DNA of 28,375 bases from a virus. Its lineage: Duplodnaviria > Caudoviricetes. Under the pieces are notes generated by a model. It was not told the DNA's origin and ran no database searches. It saw only the letters and a program-made list of their open reading frames with translations. A program made the position numbers and the translations under genes. Shown in pieces: positions 8,101 to 17,100 of this stretch. The stretch is taken from positions 1 to 28,375 of IMG/VR virus record IMGVR_UViG_3300037991_006823; one strand, written 5' to 3'. Each line of letters starts with the position of its first letter. The stretch's first letter is position 1.

Positions 8101-11100
8101 GTCAGATAAAGCATTTAAATCAATGTTTATAGTTTTAGATGATTGACTATATCCATCTGGTATAAATTCCAATTTTTGATATGGATTGGTCGTATATGTA
8201 GTTTTAGGAGAATTAAATTTTCCAGTTTTATGATTAGATTTTGCTAATCTAAATGTTCCTATTACATTTTCTCCACTGTATACTTTTACAGTTTCTCCCA
8301 TTTGGAATGAACCATTTAAAGATCCAGAATTTTGCAGACTATTTGAGTTTGCAATTTCAATTAATTTTGGAATAAAACTTAAATTACTATGACTATCAAA
8401 GAACTGATAATGTCTTTGAAGAGGTCTAAAAAGATGTCCAAAGAATGAAACATTTCTGGAACGAATATATTTTTCTCTTCCAGAAGAAACAAGAACAGTT
8501 CTAGTCGTAGAAACTGTATTACTTACTGTATTACTTACAGTATTACTAGTAGTTGTCCTTCTAAGACTACTAGATAAACTTGAATTTGTAATTCTAGAAT
8601 TAGGTCTAAAGTTATCAAAATCATCAGGAAGTAATCTTATAGTTCTATTAACAGTAAGTTCTCTATTTCTGCTTAAAGTTACATTTCTTTCTCTGTTTAT
8701 TGTTCGATTTACCGTTCTGTTTATTGTTCTTTCAACAACACGAGGTGGAAGTTTAATAGTTCTTACCCAAGTATCCGTGTTGGGGGAGAGTGTTACTAAT
8801 CCATTATATTCAATGACATGAAACGGATTAACATTCTCAAGTTTTGTTGCTAAAGATTGATTTATCCAATCTATAGAATCATATTTTAAAGTAACAACAT
8901 TTCCAGTTTTTTGTACATTTGAATCAAATAAAGTATAATTCTCGGATAAATCTAAATCAGATTCTGAAATTTCTACTGAAGGAACTAATCTTTGTTTCAG
9001 AGAATTTCTCATTGCGACGGGTCTAAGTTCCCCACCAATAATACTAGCAGTTGTTAAACTATCATCAGATAAAGATCTATTATCAAAATTATCAACAAAT
9101 ATTCCACTCTTAAATCTATTATTTCCATCAACATCTTCTACAGTTAAAGTTTCTGTATTGAGTTCTAGTAAACTTAAAGATGTAACTCTTTCTAAGTTTG
9201 AAACTCTATCCTCAATATTTCCAATATCTCTCATAGTATATCTTCTATTATCTATTGGAGCAATAGAAGCATCATCTGGATTATAAAGATATGGAGGAAG
9301 GGTGATTTCTGCTAATTGCATCATATCACTATCTTCATTTGTTGGTGGTACGGGTTCTATAGAAGAAGTACCTTTTCTTACAATAACACTTCCAAATTTA
9401 TCAAGATATACTCTATCAATTCTAGGTAGATAGAAATCATATCCAACAAAAGATGATTCTCCAGGTTTTAATGTTAATTTGGGTTCATCTCCAAAATTTC
9501 TAGAACTGAAGTCGAATGGAGATGATGTTGTACTAGAAAAATTTTGTACTCTTGGTCTAAAATCTAAAGTATCAGATGCTCTGATGCCGTTTACACCGAT
9601 GGAGGGAATATCATCAGTAAATCTGTCTGCATCATAACTGAGAACTGTAAATACATCTCCTTCATCGGATGATGGAACTGTATAATGATCATAGACAACT
9701 AAAAGTTTCCTTTCTGGAGTTTGAATTCCAACTCTAATTAATCTCGAAAAATCATAATATTCATCTCTTTGACCTTTATCTAAATTGAAATTATTTGTAA
9801 TATTTTTATATTTTCCTAAAGTTATTGCTTCTAACTTAGAAATTATTCCAGATTCACTAAATTCTACATTTTCTCCTACAGTGAATCTTTCATTATTAAG
9901 ATAAACAATTCCAATATTATTTGAAGGAATTGGTGATTCTACTTGTGAAGATGAATTTTGAACAATTCTTGCTAGAGATCCACTATCCTTACCGATGATA
10001 TTTTCGCCAATAATTGCATCAGAATCTATTTGAGATAATGAAGAAAATTGAAGTCTATCTAAAATAGGATCGGCAGTATTTGTAGACTCATATACTGCAA
10101 GAACTTTAGCAACATCAGGGACATTTAAAGAAATTTGTTCATCTTGAATTCTTAAACCATATGCTTCCGAATTATAGGTTAATCCATCACCTTTTGAAGT
10201 GTTGGTATTAATTCCAGAATTAGAAAATTTAGAAAAACTTACAATACCAACAGTGCTTCTCGTATATTCTTTAATTTTACTTTCAATATTATTCTTATCA
10301 AGAGTTACACTAATAATGCTATTTCCACTACCAGAATTTAAATTAGTAATAGCAATACCAGTTCCTCCACCAGTAACTGTAAATGCATCAGAAGTTATTG
10401 TTCCAATTCCACCAGTTGAATCGGAAATTAGATATCTTTCTTGATCGAAAGATTTATAGAATGAGCTAGTAAGTCCTGTATTAGATTGATTTAAAGTAAT
10501 TGAAGTTGCAGTAATATTAGAAGCAATTTGTTTTGATATTGCTAATTTGGAATCTGATAAATTAATTGAAGAAATATTAGCATCTGGAAGAGGTACATAT
10601 AAAGATGCATTAGATGCGTTTCTTAAAACCGGAACTGCCAGTTCAATTTCATATTCTCCATCACCTGCCTTTGCTCCATTATAAACACCACTAACACTTG
10701 GACTGACAGCTGCAACTGTTATTGTAGTTAGATTGCCACCTACTGTAGTAACTCTATTATATCTTATGTCTCCACTCGTTCCATCTTGATATCTGATAAT
10801 ATCATTTTCCTTAATGCCCTGAAAGAAATTGCTGGGACTTGTAAATACTCCCGAAGACTCGACAAAATTTGCTTTAGTAATTCCTTCAATTTTTCTCCTA
10901 CTGAGAACACTATCCGATTCAAACTTCGAAAATCCGTTTGCTGCAGCTCTAGCAACTGATTTAATATCTCTTACACCATAAACATCAAAACTCTTCAATG
11001 CTAATGAAGCATCAACTCCATTAATTGTAATTTGCTCATCAGCAACAAAAGTTCCTGATGTTTGATAAACATTTATTACAGCAGTATTATTACCTGCCGC

Positions 11101-12579
11101 AACTGCAAAACCACTTGCTCCACTACTCTTGCCTTTCACGAAAGATGTTGCTGGAATTTCGGAAGCAGATACAGTTCTATTAAATGTTAATTTAGTATAT
11201 GTCTGAATATCATAAAGATATAAATCAAATTGAGTTGTGTCACCAGAATATTGAGAGTCAGTTAAATTAAATGCATAAACTCTGGCAACACCAACTTTAG
11301 TGCTATCACCTGCAGATGCACCCAATACAGAATGAAGTTCTACAGTTTTATTTTGTTCCGGAGTGCCTGTAACATTATTAACTCTCAATAAATGTCCCAT
11401 TTCAAAGGGAATATTTAAACTAGGAATGTTTTCAGTATCTCTTGGTTTTTCGACATCAACTGTTTCTGTTGAATCCAATTCAACATCATAACCTGCAACA
11501 TATGCTTTTCCAGGTGACACTTGAACGCACATCAAGTCATCATTTGGAGTATTTCCTTCGTCGGTTACTTCATTCTCTAGAAATACACCATCATTATCAA
11601 TTCTATTATTCAATGAATCGAGAACATTAAGTCTAAATTCATCAACAGTATAATGTCCAGATTCATCAAAAGTTCTTGTTGCAATATAGTCTCTAATTAT
11701 ATTATAAACAGATTTATCGACTACTTTTTTTAATTTACCGTCATCAACTCTGAGAATCTCTATAAAGTCTGTATCATCAAAATCTGTTAAAGATTTTTTG
11801 ACCAAGGTTAATGAGATTTTAAATCTATCCGCACCTGGTGCCGCAAAATTTGTAAATCCTTTTGCATTATCATATAAAGAACTATCGTCTTTTGCTCCAA
11901 CAATAGTTTCAGTTACTTTTAGTCCGACTCTATATTTTGGATTATTTGTATAGTAGTCTAAAATGATAGATTGTTTATTAACAGTAACAAAATTTCCTCT
12001 TACAAAATAAACTCCTTCATCTATAGATACATTAGATCCTGTAAATAATGCATCTTCGGATAAAATAGAAGCAAATGGAGTTCCAGAATTGATTGTTATA
12101 CTACCATAACTTACATTTTCAGATGCAGTTAGTTGTTCACCAGGTTGAAAAGTAGTTGATTCTGAATCATTACCCGCTTCAGAATATTTTATATATATTG
12201 TTATATTATCGACATCATCACTATCTGTTGTAAAAGCAACTTCTTTAACGGTAGCACTTACACCAGACGATCTTCCTGTTATTACTTTTCCAACGAAATT
12301 GCTAATATAGAGAGAAATATCTACTCCCAAATTTACAGAATTTAATTTTACTGCTTGGTATTGATTATCAAAAGTTGTGGATCCAGGAAGAACCATAGAA
12401 CCTTCTTTAAATATATTACTTCCAAAAGATTCTATTTGATTTTGTAAAATAGACTGAAGAGTAGTTAATTCTCTAGCCTGAACTGGAAATCCTGGTTTGA
12501 ATAAAACTTTATAAAAATTTTTACTTGCATCAAAGTCATCATAATATGGACTGATATTTAAGTCTGTTTTTTGTGCCAT
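5173..12579 (-). CDS. Large virion structural protein, VrlC-like / DUF4815-type
   Basis: N-terminal LNISPYYDDF..KNFYKVLFKPGFPVQARELTTLQSILQNQIE, GADRFKISL, RTFDESGHY, NRRYTMRDIG, RFKSGIFVDNF, DPLAQTF, GSLFKSQNGSTW and C-terminal PIIRDLRTLAL. It follows gp8, as in cyanomyoviruses. Confidence 0.85.
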   Translation of the reverse strand: MAQKTDLNISPYYDDFDASKNFYKVLFKPGFPVQARELTTLQSILQNQIESFGSNIFKEGSMVLPGSTTFDNQYQAVKLNSVNLGVDISLYISNFVGKVITGRSSGVSATVKEVAFTTDSDDVDNITIYIKYSEAGNDSESTTFQPGEQLTASENVSYGSITINSGTPFASILSEDALFTGSNVSIDEGVYFVRGNFVTVNKQSIILDYYTNNPKYRVGLKVTETIVGAKDDSSLYDNAKGFTNFAAPGADRFKISLTLVKKSLTDFDDTDFIEILRVDDGKLKKVVDKSVYNIIRDYIATRTFDESGHYTVDEFRLNVLDSLNNRIDNDGVFLENEVTDEGNTPNDDLMCVQVSPGKAYVAGYDVELDSTETVDVEKPRDTENIPSLNIPFEMGHLLRVNNVTGTPEQNKTVELHSVLGASAGDSTKVGVARVYAFNLTDSQYSGDTTQFDLYLYDIQTYTKLTFNRTVSASEIPATSFVKGKSSGASGFAVAAGNNTAVINVYQTSGTFVADEQITINGVDASLALKSFDVYGVRDIKSVARAAANGFSKFESDSVLSRRKIEGITKANFVESSGVFTSPSNFFQGIKENDIIRYQDGTSGDIRYNRVTTVGGNLTTITVAAVSPSVSGVYNGAKAGDGEYEIELAVPVLRNASNASLYVPLPDANISSINLSDSKLAISKQIASNITATSITLNQSNTGLTSSFYKSFDQERYLISDSTGGIGTITSDAFTVTGGGTGIAITNLNSGSGNSIISVTLDKNNIESKIKEYTRSTVGIVSFSKFSNSGINTNTSKGDGLTYNSEAYGLRIQDEQISLNVPDVAKVLAVYESTNTADPILDRLQFSSLSQIDSDAIIGENIIGKDSGSLARIVQNSSSQVESPIPSNNIGIVYLNNERFTVGENVEFSESGIISKLEAITLGKYKNITNNFNLDKGQRDEYYDFSRLIRVGIQTPERKLLVVYDHYTVPSSDEGDVFTVLSYDADRFTDDIPSIGVNGIRASDTLDFRPRVQNFSSTTSSPFDFSSRNFGDEPKLTLKPGESSFVGYDFYLPRIDRVYLDKFGSVIVRKGTSSIEPVPPTNEDSDMMQLAEITLPPYLYNPDDASIAPIDNRRYTMRDIGNIEDRVSNLERVTSLSLLELNTETLTVEDVDGNNRFKSGIFVDNFDNRSLSDDSLTTASIIGGELRPVAMRNSLKQRLVPSVEISESDLDLSENYTLFDSNVQKTGNVVTLKYDSIDWINQSLATKLENVNPFHVIEYNGLVTLSPNTDTWVRTIKLPPRVVERTINRTVNRTINRERNVTLSRNRELTVNRTIRLLPDDFDNFRPNSRITNSSLSSSLRRTTTSNTVSNTVSNTVSTTRTVLVSSGREKYIRSRNVSFFGHLFRPLQRHYQFFDSHSNLSFIPKLIEIANSNSLQNSGSLNGSFQMGETVKVYSGENVIGTFRLAKSNHKTGKFNSPKTTYTTNPYQKLEFIPDGYSQSSKTINIDLNALSDEAQGNFNGYVEKGSKIVGQSSGAVAFVKNLRLVADVNGTVFGSFFIKNPHTNPAPNPRILTGKKTYRLTSSSTNKTPLPGSTLISAGDATYTANGTFRRTQQVTTNVTTNVTTNTTTNINTNTTTLTNTITRTNTRAEREDPLAQTFTVGKDIEAPDFSGDNDDDNGVFLTELDLFFGSKPEGNQPLTVQIRTVELGIPTLNVLGEPKTLLPDEISVSEKATAATRVTFEYPIYLAPGQEYAIVLLAPNSDQYEVWTAKMGQRTIETKNLPKSEIVRYSKQFAMGSLFKSQNGSTWTPAQESDLKFKLYKARFTSSSGIAHFANPPLDTSNGYVPTLQENAITALPKNITLGITPIASNSHPLVSILTPGRRIKGAVGNSFGIIRDVGSVATGTPDVTVGGTNYTSRNGVATNNIFGRGSGLTLNITAGAGGAITSVAIADGGNGYRVGDQVEIVNGANETGKNAIITITQAPGIDTLYLTNVQGEVGSGKAFNGTSGTQDLAYFESNSTVVSLGTTHLTNRTAEEGGVFSGNFFQVQHFNHGMYANNNKLKLLDVQSDVPSEILTANLNSSSSEIEIANNSSLFEFFEGQPVNSGNIGYVKVGDEIIAYNDVNTNKLTIDSRGVDGTVIVPHFIDDAVTKYEFNGISLRRINNVVHDISDIGIESDSYYVEVARGNRSNDSGTVPQVSFTSGLIGGGNNIKATENIMFNRINPRFNILSPGRQTSVSANIRTTTGTSIDGSELSFTLENKLEPVVPNQINDLNSVRMVCSRVNELNKSQFENVVGKRSFNSMLTLNTTNENLSPMIFTDDSTVEFISDDINSPIVDYANDSRVNSINNDPHEASYVSNVINLAQPASSLKVILTAYRPEFSDIRVLYSLVREDSVGVEQEFELFPGFNNLELTSSGSLKVVNESLNDGRPDVRVPASERNQYLEYEFTANDLEDFSGYRIKIVMSSTSQANYPIIRDLRTLALK
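7761..7796 (-). repeat. 3 x 12-bp tandem repeat encoding (VTTN)3
   Basis: Plus strand tggtagttacat tggtagttacat tagtagttactt. Confidence 0.9.
8513..8548 (-). repeat. 3 x 12-bp tandem repeat encoding (SNTV)3
   Basis: Plus strand actgtattactt actgtattactt acagtattacta. Confidence 0.9.
8693..8728 (-). repeat. 3 x 12-bp degenerate tandem repeat encoding TINR-TVNR-TINR
   Basis: Plus strand ctgtttattgtt cgatttaccgtt ctgtttattgtt. Confidence 0.85.
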
Positions 12580-12585
12580 CTTTTT

Positions 12586-14100
12586 TTAGAATTCCAGAAT
12601 GATTTTAACGTCTTCTTTTTGCCTAGAGTCTCTTTGAACAATTGGTCGATTGTCAATGTAAATTATATCCCCTGTCTTCTTATTTATCTCAGGATTTGCA
12701 AGTCCTTTTGAGAAAGTAACTCCCAAATTAATTTGTTTAGAATCGACTGTCATTACACTACCACTAAAGTCGGTAATTACTCCGACAGAAAGTGGTTTAT
12801 CAGAAACAAATGGACATACATCAATATTATTTGGATTATCTCTCTGATCAATAGGAGGAACACTGCCAAAATATAAAGATCTATCTTGATAATATTTTAA
12901 AACTTTAGTTTCACTATCATAAGAGGCAATATATCCCTTAGCAACTTTACCATTATCTTGATCCTGTGTTATTGTGTCGCCAATACTCACTGATACTGCA
13001 CTATCTAATGCAATAGAATAAAGGGACGAAAATTCAGTTCCTGTAAAAGTTACTCCTGTTCCTACTTGATTTTCTGAAAATGTTTCTGGATTTTTTATAA
13101 TTCCTACTTGAGAAAATTTTGTATCTATAGGAAAATCTTTAGTAGAATCATCAAATCTGGCATAAAGTAATACTCTATCAGATCCTAACTCCGTATAGAT
13201 ATCAGAACCATGACCTTTAGATGGAGGAATAATTGGTATTAATTTAGATCCAACTCCACCAGCATCCTTTAAATCAACAATTCCATAGGTATATCCTTTT
13301 CCACCTTGTGTTACGATAACTCCTATGATTTTTCCATTAGTGTCTGTTGTTATAGAAACCTGACCTCCAGTTCCATCACCTATGATATTTGCTGTAAACC
13401 CATTGGTATATCCTTGACCACCTTCTTCAATGTATACTGTTTTGATTTGATTATTATTAATGCCAGAGTCACCACCTTCTCTAATTATTTCAATGTCAGA
13501 ATCTGTGGTGGTTAACCAATCATTTGGGACAATCAAAAATTCTGTAGAATCAAATTTAATAACATCCGAAGGTAAAATTTTAAATAAAAATTTCCACTTA
13601 TATTTGTCAGAATATAATACTGGTTCTACATCAGTATGTGTTGGTTCAATAGTTGACTGAGGTACAGTTGGATTAGTTCCTGAAGTTCCATTCTCAATAC
13701 AAATATAAACTTTGAATTCACTTGTAATTATATAATACTTTGCATCATACAATCTTAAAGATTGACTAACCGAAGGCAAATTATCTTGTCTATAATCATG
13801 CCTATACATGTCATACTTATCATTTTGAACCCACTCAATCTTTTTTACAACTCTTCGAGCATTTTCTGAAGTAATTTTTCTGCCAAATAAACTTGTATCT
13901 CTATAGTGAGATAAGTATTGAAAATTATCTACAGGATTATTAGTCGAACTCGTATTCCAATCATCGAGTCTACCAAATCCAACTGAAGCTGGAGTTGGAT
14001 TTGATAATCCTAAAAATGCATAATAAGAATTATTACTGATAGACTCTACAAAAGAACCAGCATTCAATATTCTAAATTGATCTGTTACGAATGCAGCCAT
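12586..14100 (-). CDS. gp8: Baseplate wedge subunit (T4 gp8-like)
   Basis: MAAFVTDQFRILNA, YDMYRHDY, YYIITSEFKVYICIENG, EPTH, D.YKWKFLF, P.KGHGSDIYTELG, and C-terminal GDIIYIDNRPI.R...QKEDVKIILEF. Confidence 0.93.
   Translation of the reverse strand: MAAFVTDQFRILNAGSFVESISNNSYYAFLGLSNPTPASVGFGRLDDWNTSSTNNPVDNFQYLSHYRDTSLFGRKITSENARRVVKKIEWVQNDKYDMYRHDYRQDNLPSVSQSLRLYDAKYYIITSEFKVYICIENGTSGTNPTVPQSTIEPTHTDVEPVLYSDKYKWKFLFKILPSDVIKFDSTEFLIVPNDWLTTTDSDIEIIREGGDSGINNNQIKTVYIEEGGQGYTNGFTANIIGDGTGGQVSITTDTNGKIIGVIVTQGGKGYTYGIVDLKDAGGVGSKLIPIIPPSKGHGSDIYTELGSDRVLLYARFDDSTKDFPIDTKFSQVGIIKNPETFSENQVGTGVTFTGTEFSSLYSIALDSAVSVSIGDTITQDQDNGKVAKGYIASYDSETKVLKYYQDRSLYFGSVPPIDQRDNPNNIDVCPFVSDKPLSVGVITDFSGSVMTVDSKQINLGVTFSKGLANPEINKKTGDIIYIDNRPIVQRDSRQKEDVKIILEF
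12681..12688 (-). promoter_or_regulatory. Candidate late promoter (GATAAATA) in the gp8 3' end, upstream of the VrlC-like gene
   Basis: The plus strand reads tatttatc at 12681-12688, about 102 nt upstream of the ATG at 12579. Confidence 0.5.
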
Positions 14101-14117
14101 ATTAATAGTTTTTTAGA

Positions 14118-14125
14118 TATTTATA
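14118..14125 (-). promoter_or_regulatory. T4-type late promoter TATAAATA
   Basis: Exact consensus in the 33-nt gp7-gp8 gap, 17 nt upstream of the gp8 ATG. Confidence 0.85.
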
Positions 14126-14133
14126 CGATAAAA

Positions 14134-17100
14134 TCAAGATACAAATTTTGGAAGTGCACCAGTTTGTCTGATTCCAAAATTCTTTCTTTGAATTGTTGGA
14201 TATGTTGACAATCCAGATACTATGTTTCCAGAGACACCTATAGATATTGGATTTGAAGATCTTGTGAGACCTGCGGTAGAATTTAATCTTCCCCAAGAAT
14301 ATCTTCCAACGGGATTTGATGTGTCTCCCGTAGTTCCTATACCAATAATATTAGAATCAGATTTTACGTTACATGTAATAATTCCAGTTTGACTTATATT
14401 GGACCAATCTGAAATATAATAAACATTATCCAAGAAGGTTGTGCCAATTGCGACAACTTCAGAATCTGAACTATCAATTGATGTAACACCACTACCAATT
14501 TTAGTGTCATAGATATAGATTGGATAACCAGTAGAAATTCCAACAAATGGTACTGGACTGGTATCTTGTATTGTAAATTGTAGTGCTAGTGGATTTCCTC
14601 CGATTCCTGTAGTTGTTGTAATTCCGGTCATAATTCCAGAGAATCCCGTAATTTCATTAAATCCCGTAATTCTTTCAATATTTAAATCTGGAGTTTCTGC
14701 AAATATTGTAGGAGCAACTGTATATCCAGATCCGGGATTAGTTATTGTGGTTCCAGTAACTACTCCGTTAGTAACAGATGCTGTTGCCGTTGCTGTTGTT
14801 CCTATTCCGACAAATTTCAATTCTATGGTTGTTTGATTTGAAAGATATCCAAAACCAGGATTTTCTGTAGTTATGCCAGTAACAGATCCGTTTCCATCAA
14901 TTGAACAAGTAAATGCAGCAGAAACTGGATTTGTGTCTTCTACTATTAAGGCACCAAAACCAGATTGTGGTTTATCATTAAATTGGGAATTATTTGGAGC
15001 AAAATTTCCATCTTCATATTCAAACAACTCTATACTATCAACAAAAATTTGATTATCTGTTGTTGATACATCTTTAATAATTTTTGCAGTTGGGAATATT
15101 AATGGTTCTAGTATATTCCTAGATTTATTTACAAACTCTCCATTTACTTTTCTGGAAATTTTTTGTTTAGTCCAGGATACTGGTTTAAAGTTTGTACCAT
15201 CGACTCCAGGACCAGAATAACGATCTGTTTCAACAGTGTCTGAAGATACTATATTGTAGGTCACTCTCTCATTTTGTGTTATTGTATTTGGAATAGAATT
15301 GTTACTTAAAACTTGAAGAATATCTCCAGTTTCTATCGATGGTGCAATATTAGATACTACCTTAGAATCTGAACCCCTAACACCTTTAAAGAAATAGATT
15401 TCAACTTCATCACTTTCTAAAGGTGCTGTTGTGAAAGCAACTGTAGTTCCTCCATTGAAAATAAAATTAATTTCAGGTTCTTGAATAACACCATTAATGA
15501 AAATAACTAACACATTATTAATATTTTTCTGAAGTGCTGATCCCTCTTCAAATTCAAAACCTATTAATTCTTGATTATATCTAAGAGGGAATCTCGTTCT
15601 TTCTCCATCTTGAAGTTGTTCGATTGAATCGATATAATCCAATTCTCCAAATTCCCAAGCAGCAAAATTATCTGAATAAGTTTCAATTACATTTAAAGTA
15701 AAATCTGATAATGGAGAAGATAAATTAGAATCTGTAACTAGACCCACAGGTTTGAATACATCACCTCTCTGGAACGAATATCCAGACCTTGAGATTTTAA
15801 ATTCTTTTACCTCAAAATAGGTTGAACCTATTCCTGTAGTAGAAGAACCCCCAACTTCAAGATCCAATAATAAACCAATTCCAGTATCTGTCGTTGCTCC
15901 AACTCCAAGTCTAGAAACACCAACAATAGGAAGATTTTCATATGATGGATCAGATACAAATATTTGTGGGTTTGTATATCCAGTGCCACCAGCATCAACA
16001 TTAAATGTTAGTGAACCACCAGCACCAACATTTGCAGTTGCTGTTATTGTTGCTGTAGTGCCATTATGTTCCGCTTCAAAAACACTAATTCCTATAGAAA
16101 CTAATCCATTATATCCAGATCCAAGATTGTCGGTGGTTCCTAATCCCACAGATACAATAGACCCATCAGAACTATCAACGACAGCAGTTACAGAAGCACC
16201 TACAAGAGGAGCAAAACCAAGTCCAGGGGTAGATCCATAAGAAACTATAATTCCACCTCTTGGGGTTTCGTTCTCGTTGATATCAACTTCAGATGTAAAA
16301 ATTTCACTAACATTATCAGGTCTTGCGATTCCAGAAAATTCTACAGTTGATATTCCCGAATTGGAGTCTTCAGTAATTTCATAATTAAATTGTAGTGGGT
16401 TGTTAGCAGTTTTTGGTGATTGATAAATGTTATTAATGAATATAAGACCATTTCCACCACTAGTTCCAATACCAACTGAGTTAGAACCCTCAACAGTTAA
16501 TGCGAAAGTTCTTCCTATTCCAGTAAATTCGTCAGAAATATCGTCATAAACTTTATTAGAATCGTAATTGGATTTTAAGAAAACTCTACCAGTAAATGAT
16601 GATTGCTCATAATCCAGATTAAATTTTGTTTTATCAATTTGAGGATTGCCTCTTGGTGCTTCTGCAAAATGAATTTCATCATCTACAATATTGAATGCTC
16701 CCTTATAAATTCTTGCTGTAGAACCATCATTGTGAGTTGTTGCAGAGGAACCAACAAATCCCCTTTCCACTTCAACTAAAGGTATATTTCCACTATTGGT
16801 AATAGGACCGAGATTTGTAGTTCCAAATCCAACATTAACTATACCAAGATATTCCTCATCAATTAATAACACATCCTGAATATTGACGGTAGATATTCCA
16901 CTCAAAGAAACAAAACTGGTACTAATTCCTAAACTTGCACCAACTTCAGCATTTCCACTTAAAGTGTGTGATATTTTTGTAAATGCTATTGGATATTGAA
17001 CCAATTCGTCAATAGTAATAATACACTTAGAGTTTTTCTCCTTCATAGTAAATCTATGAGCGTTTCCTTCTCCTAGAGAGGTAAATGTTGTTCCAATTCC

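Noticed and set aside
7685-8760. Tandem repeats as a CRISPR mini-array or diversity-generating retroelement target
   Set aside because: The units are 12 bp, in frame and without spacers. No template/variable repeat pair with adenine-specific mismatches and no reverse transcriptase were seen.
217-12588. In-frame gene junctions suggesting stop-codon readthrough fusions (gp8 to VrlC-like TAA AAA AAG ATG; gp13 to gp14 TAA TTT ATT ATG; gp16 to the next ORF)
   Set aside because: Each junction has a one-in-three chance of being in frame. All use TAA without a known readthrough context, and each downstream gene has its own ATG and a typical N-terminus.
7074-14296. Short alternative-frame minus-strand ORFs (7074-7256, 7305-7496, 10764-10955, 14102-14296)
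   Set aside because: They are 60-64 aa, nested in or overlapping confident genes, with no motifs. This is consistent with chance.
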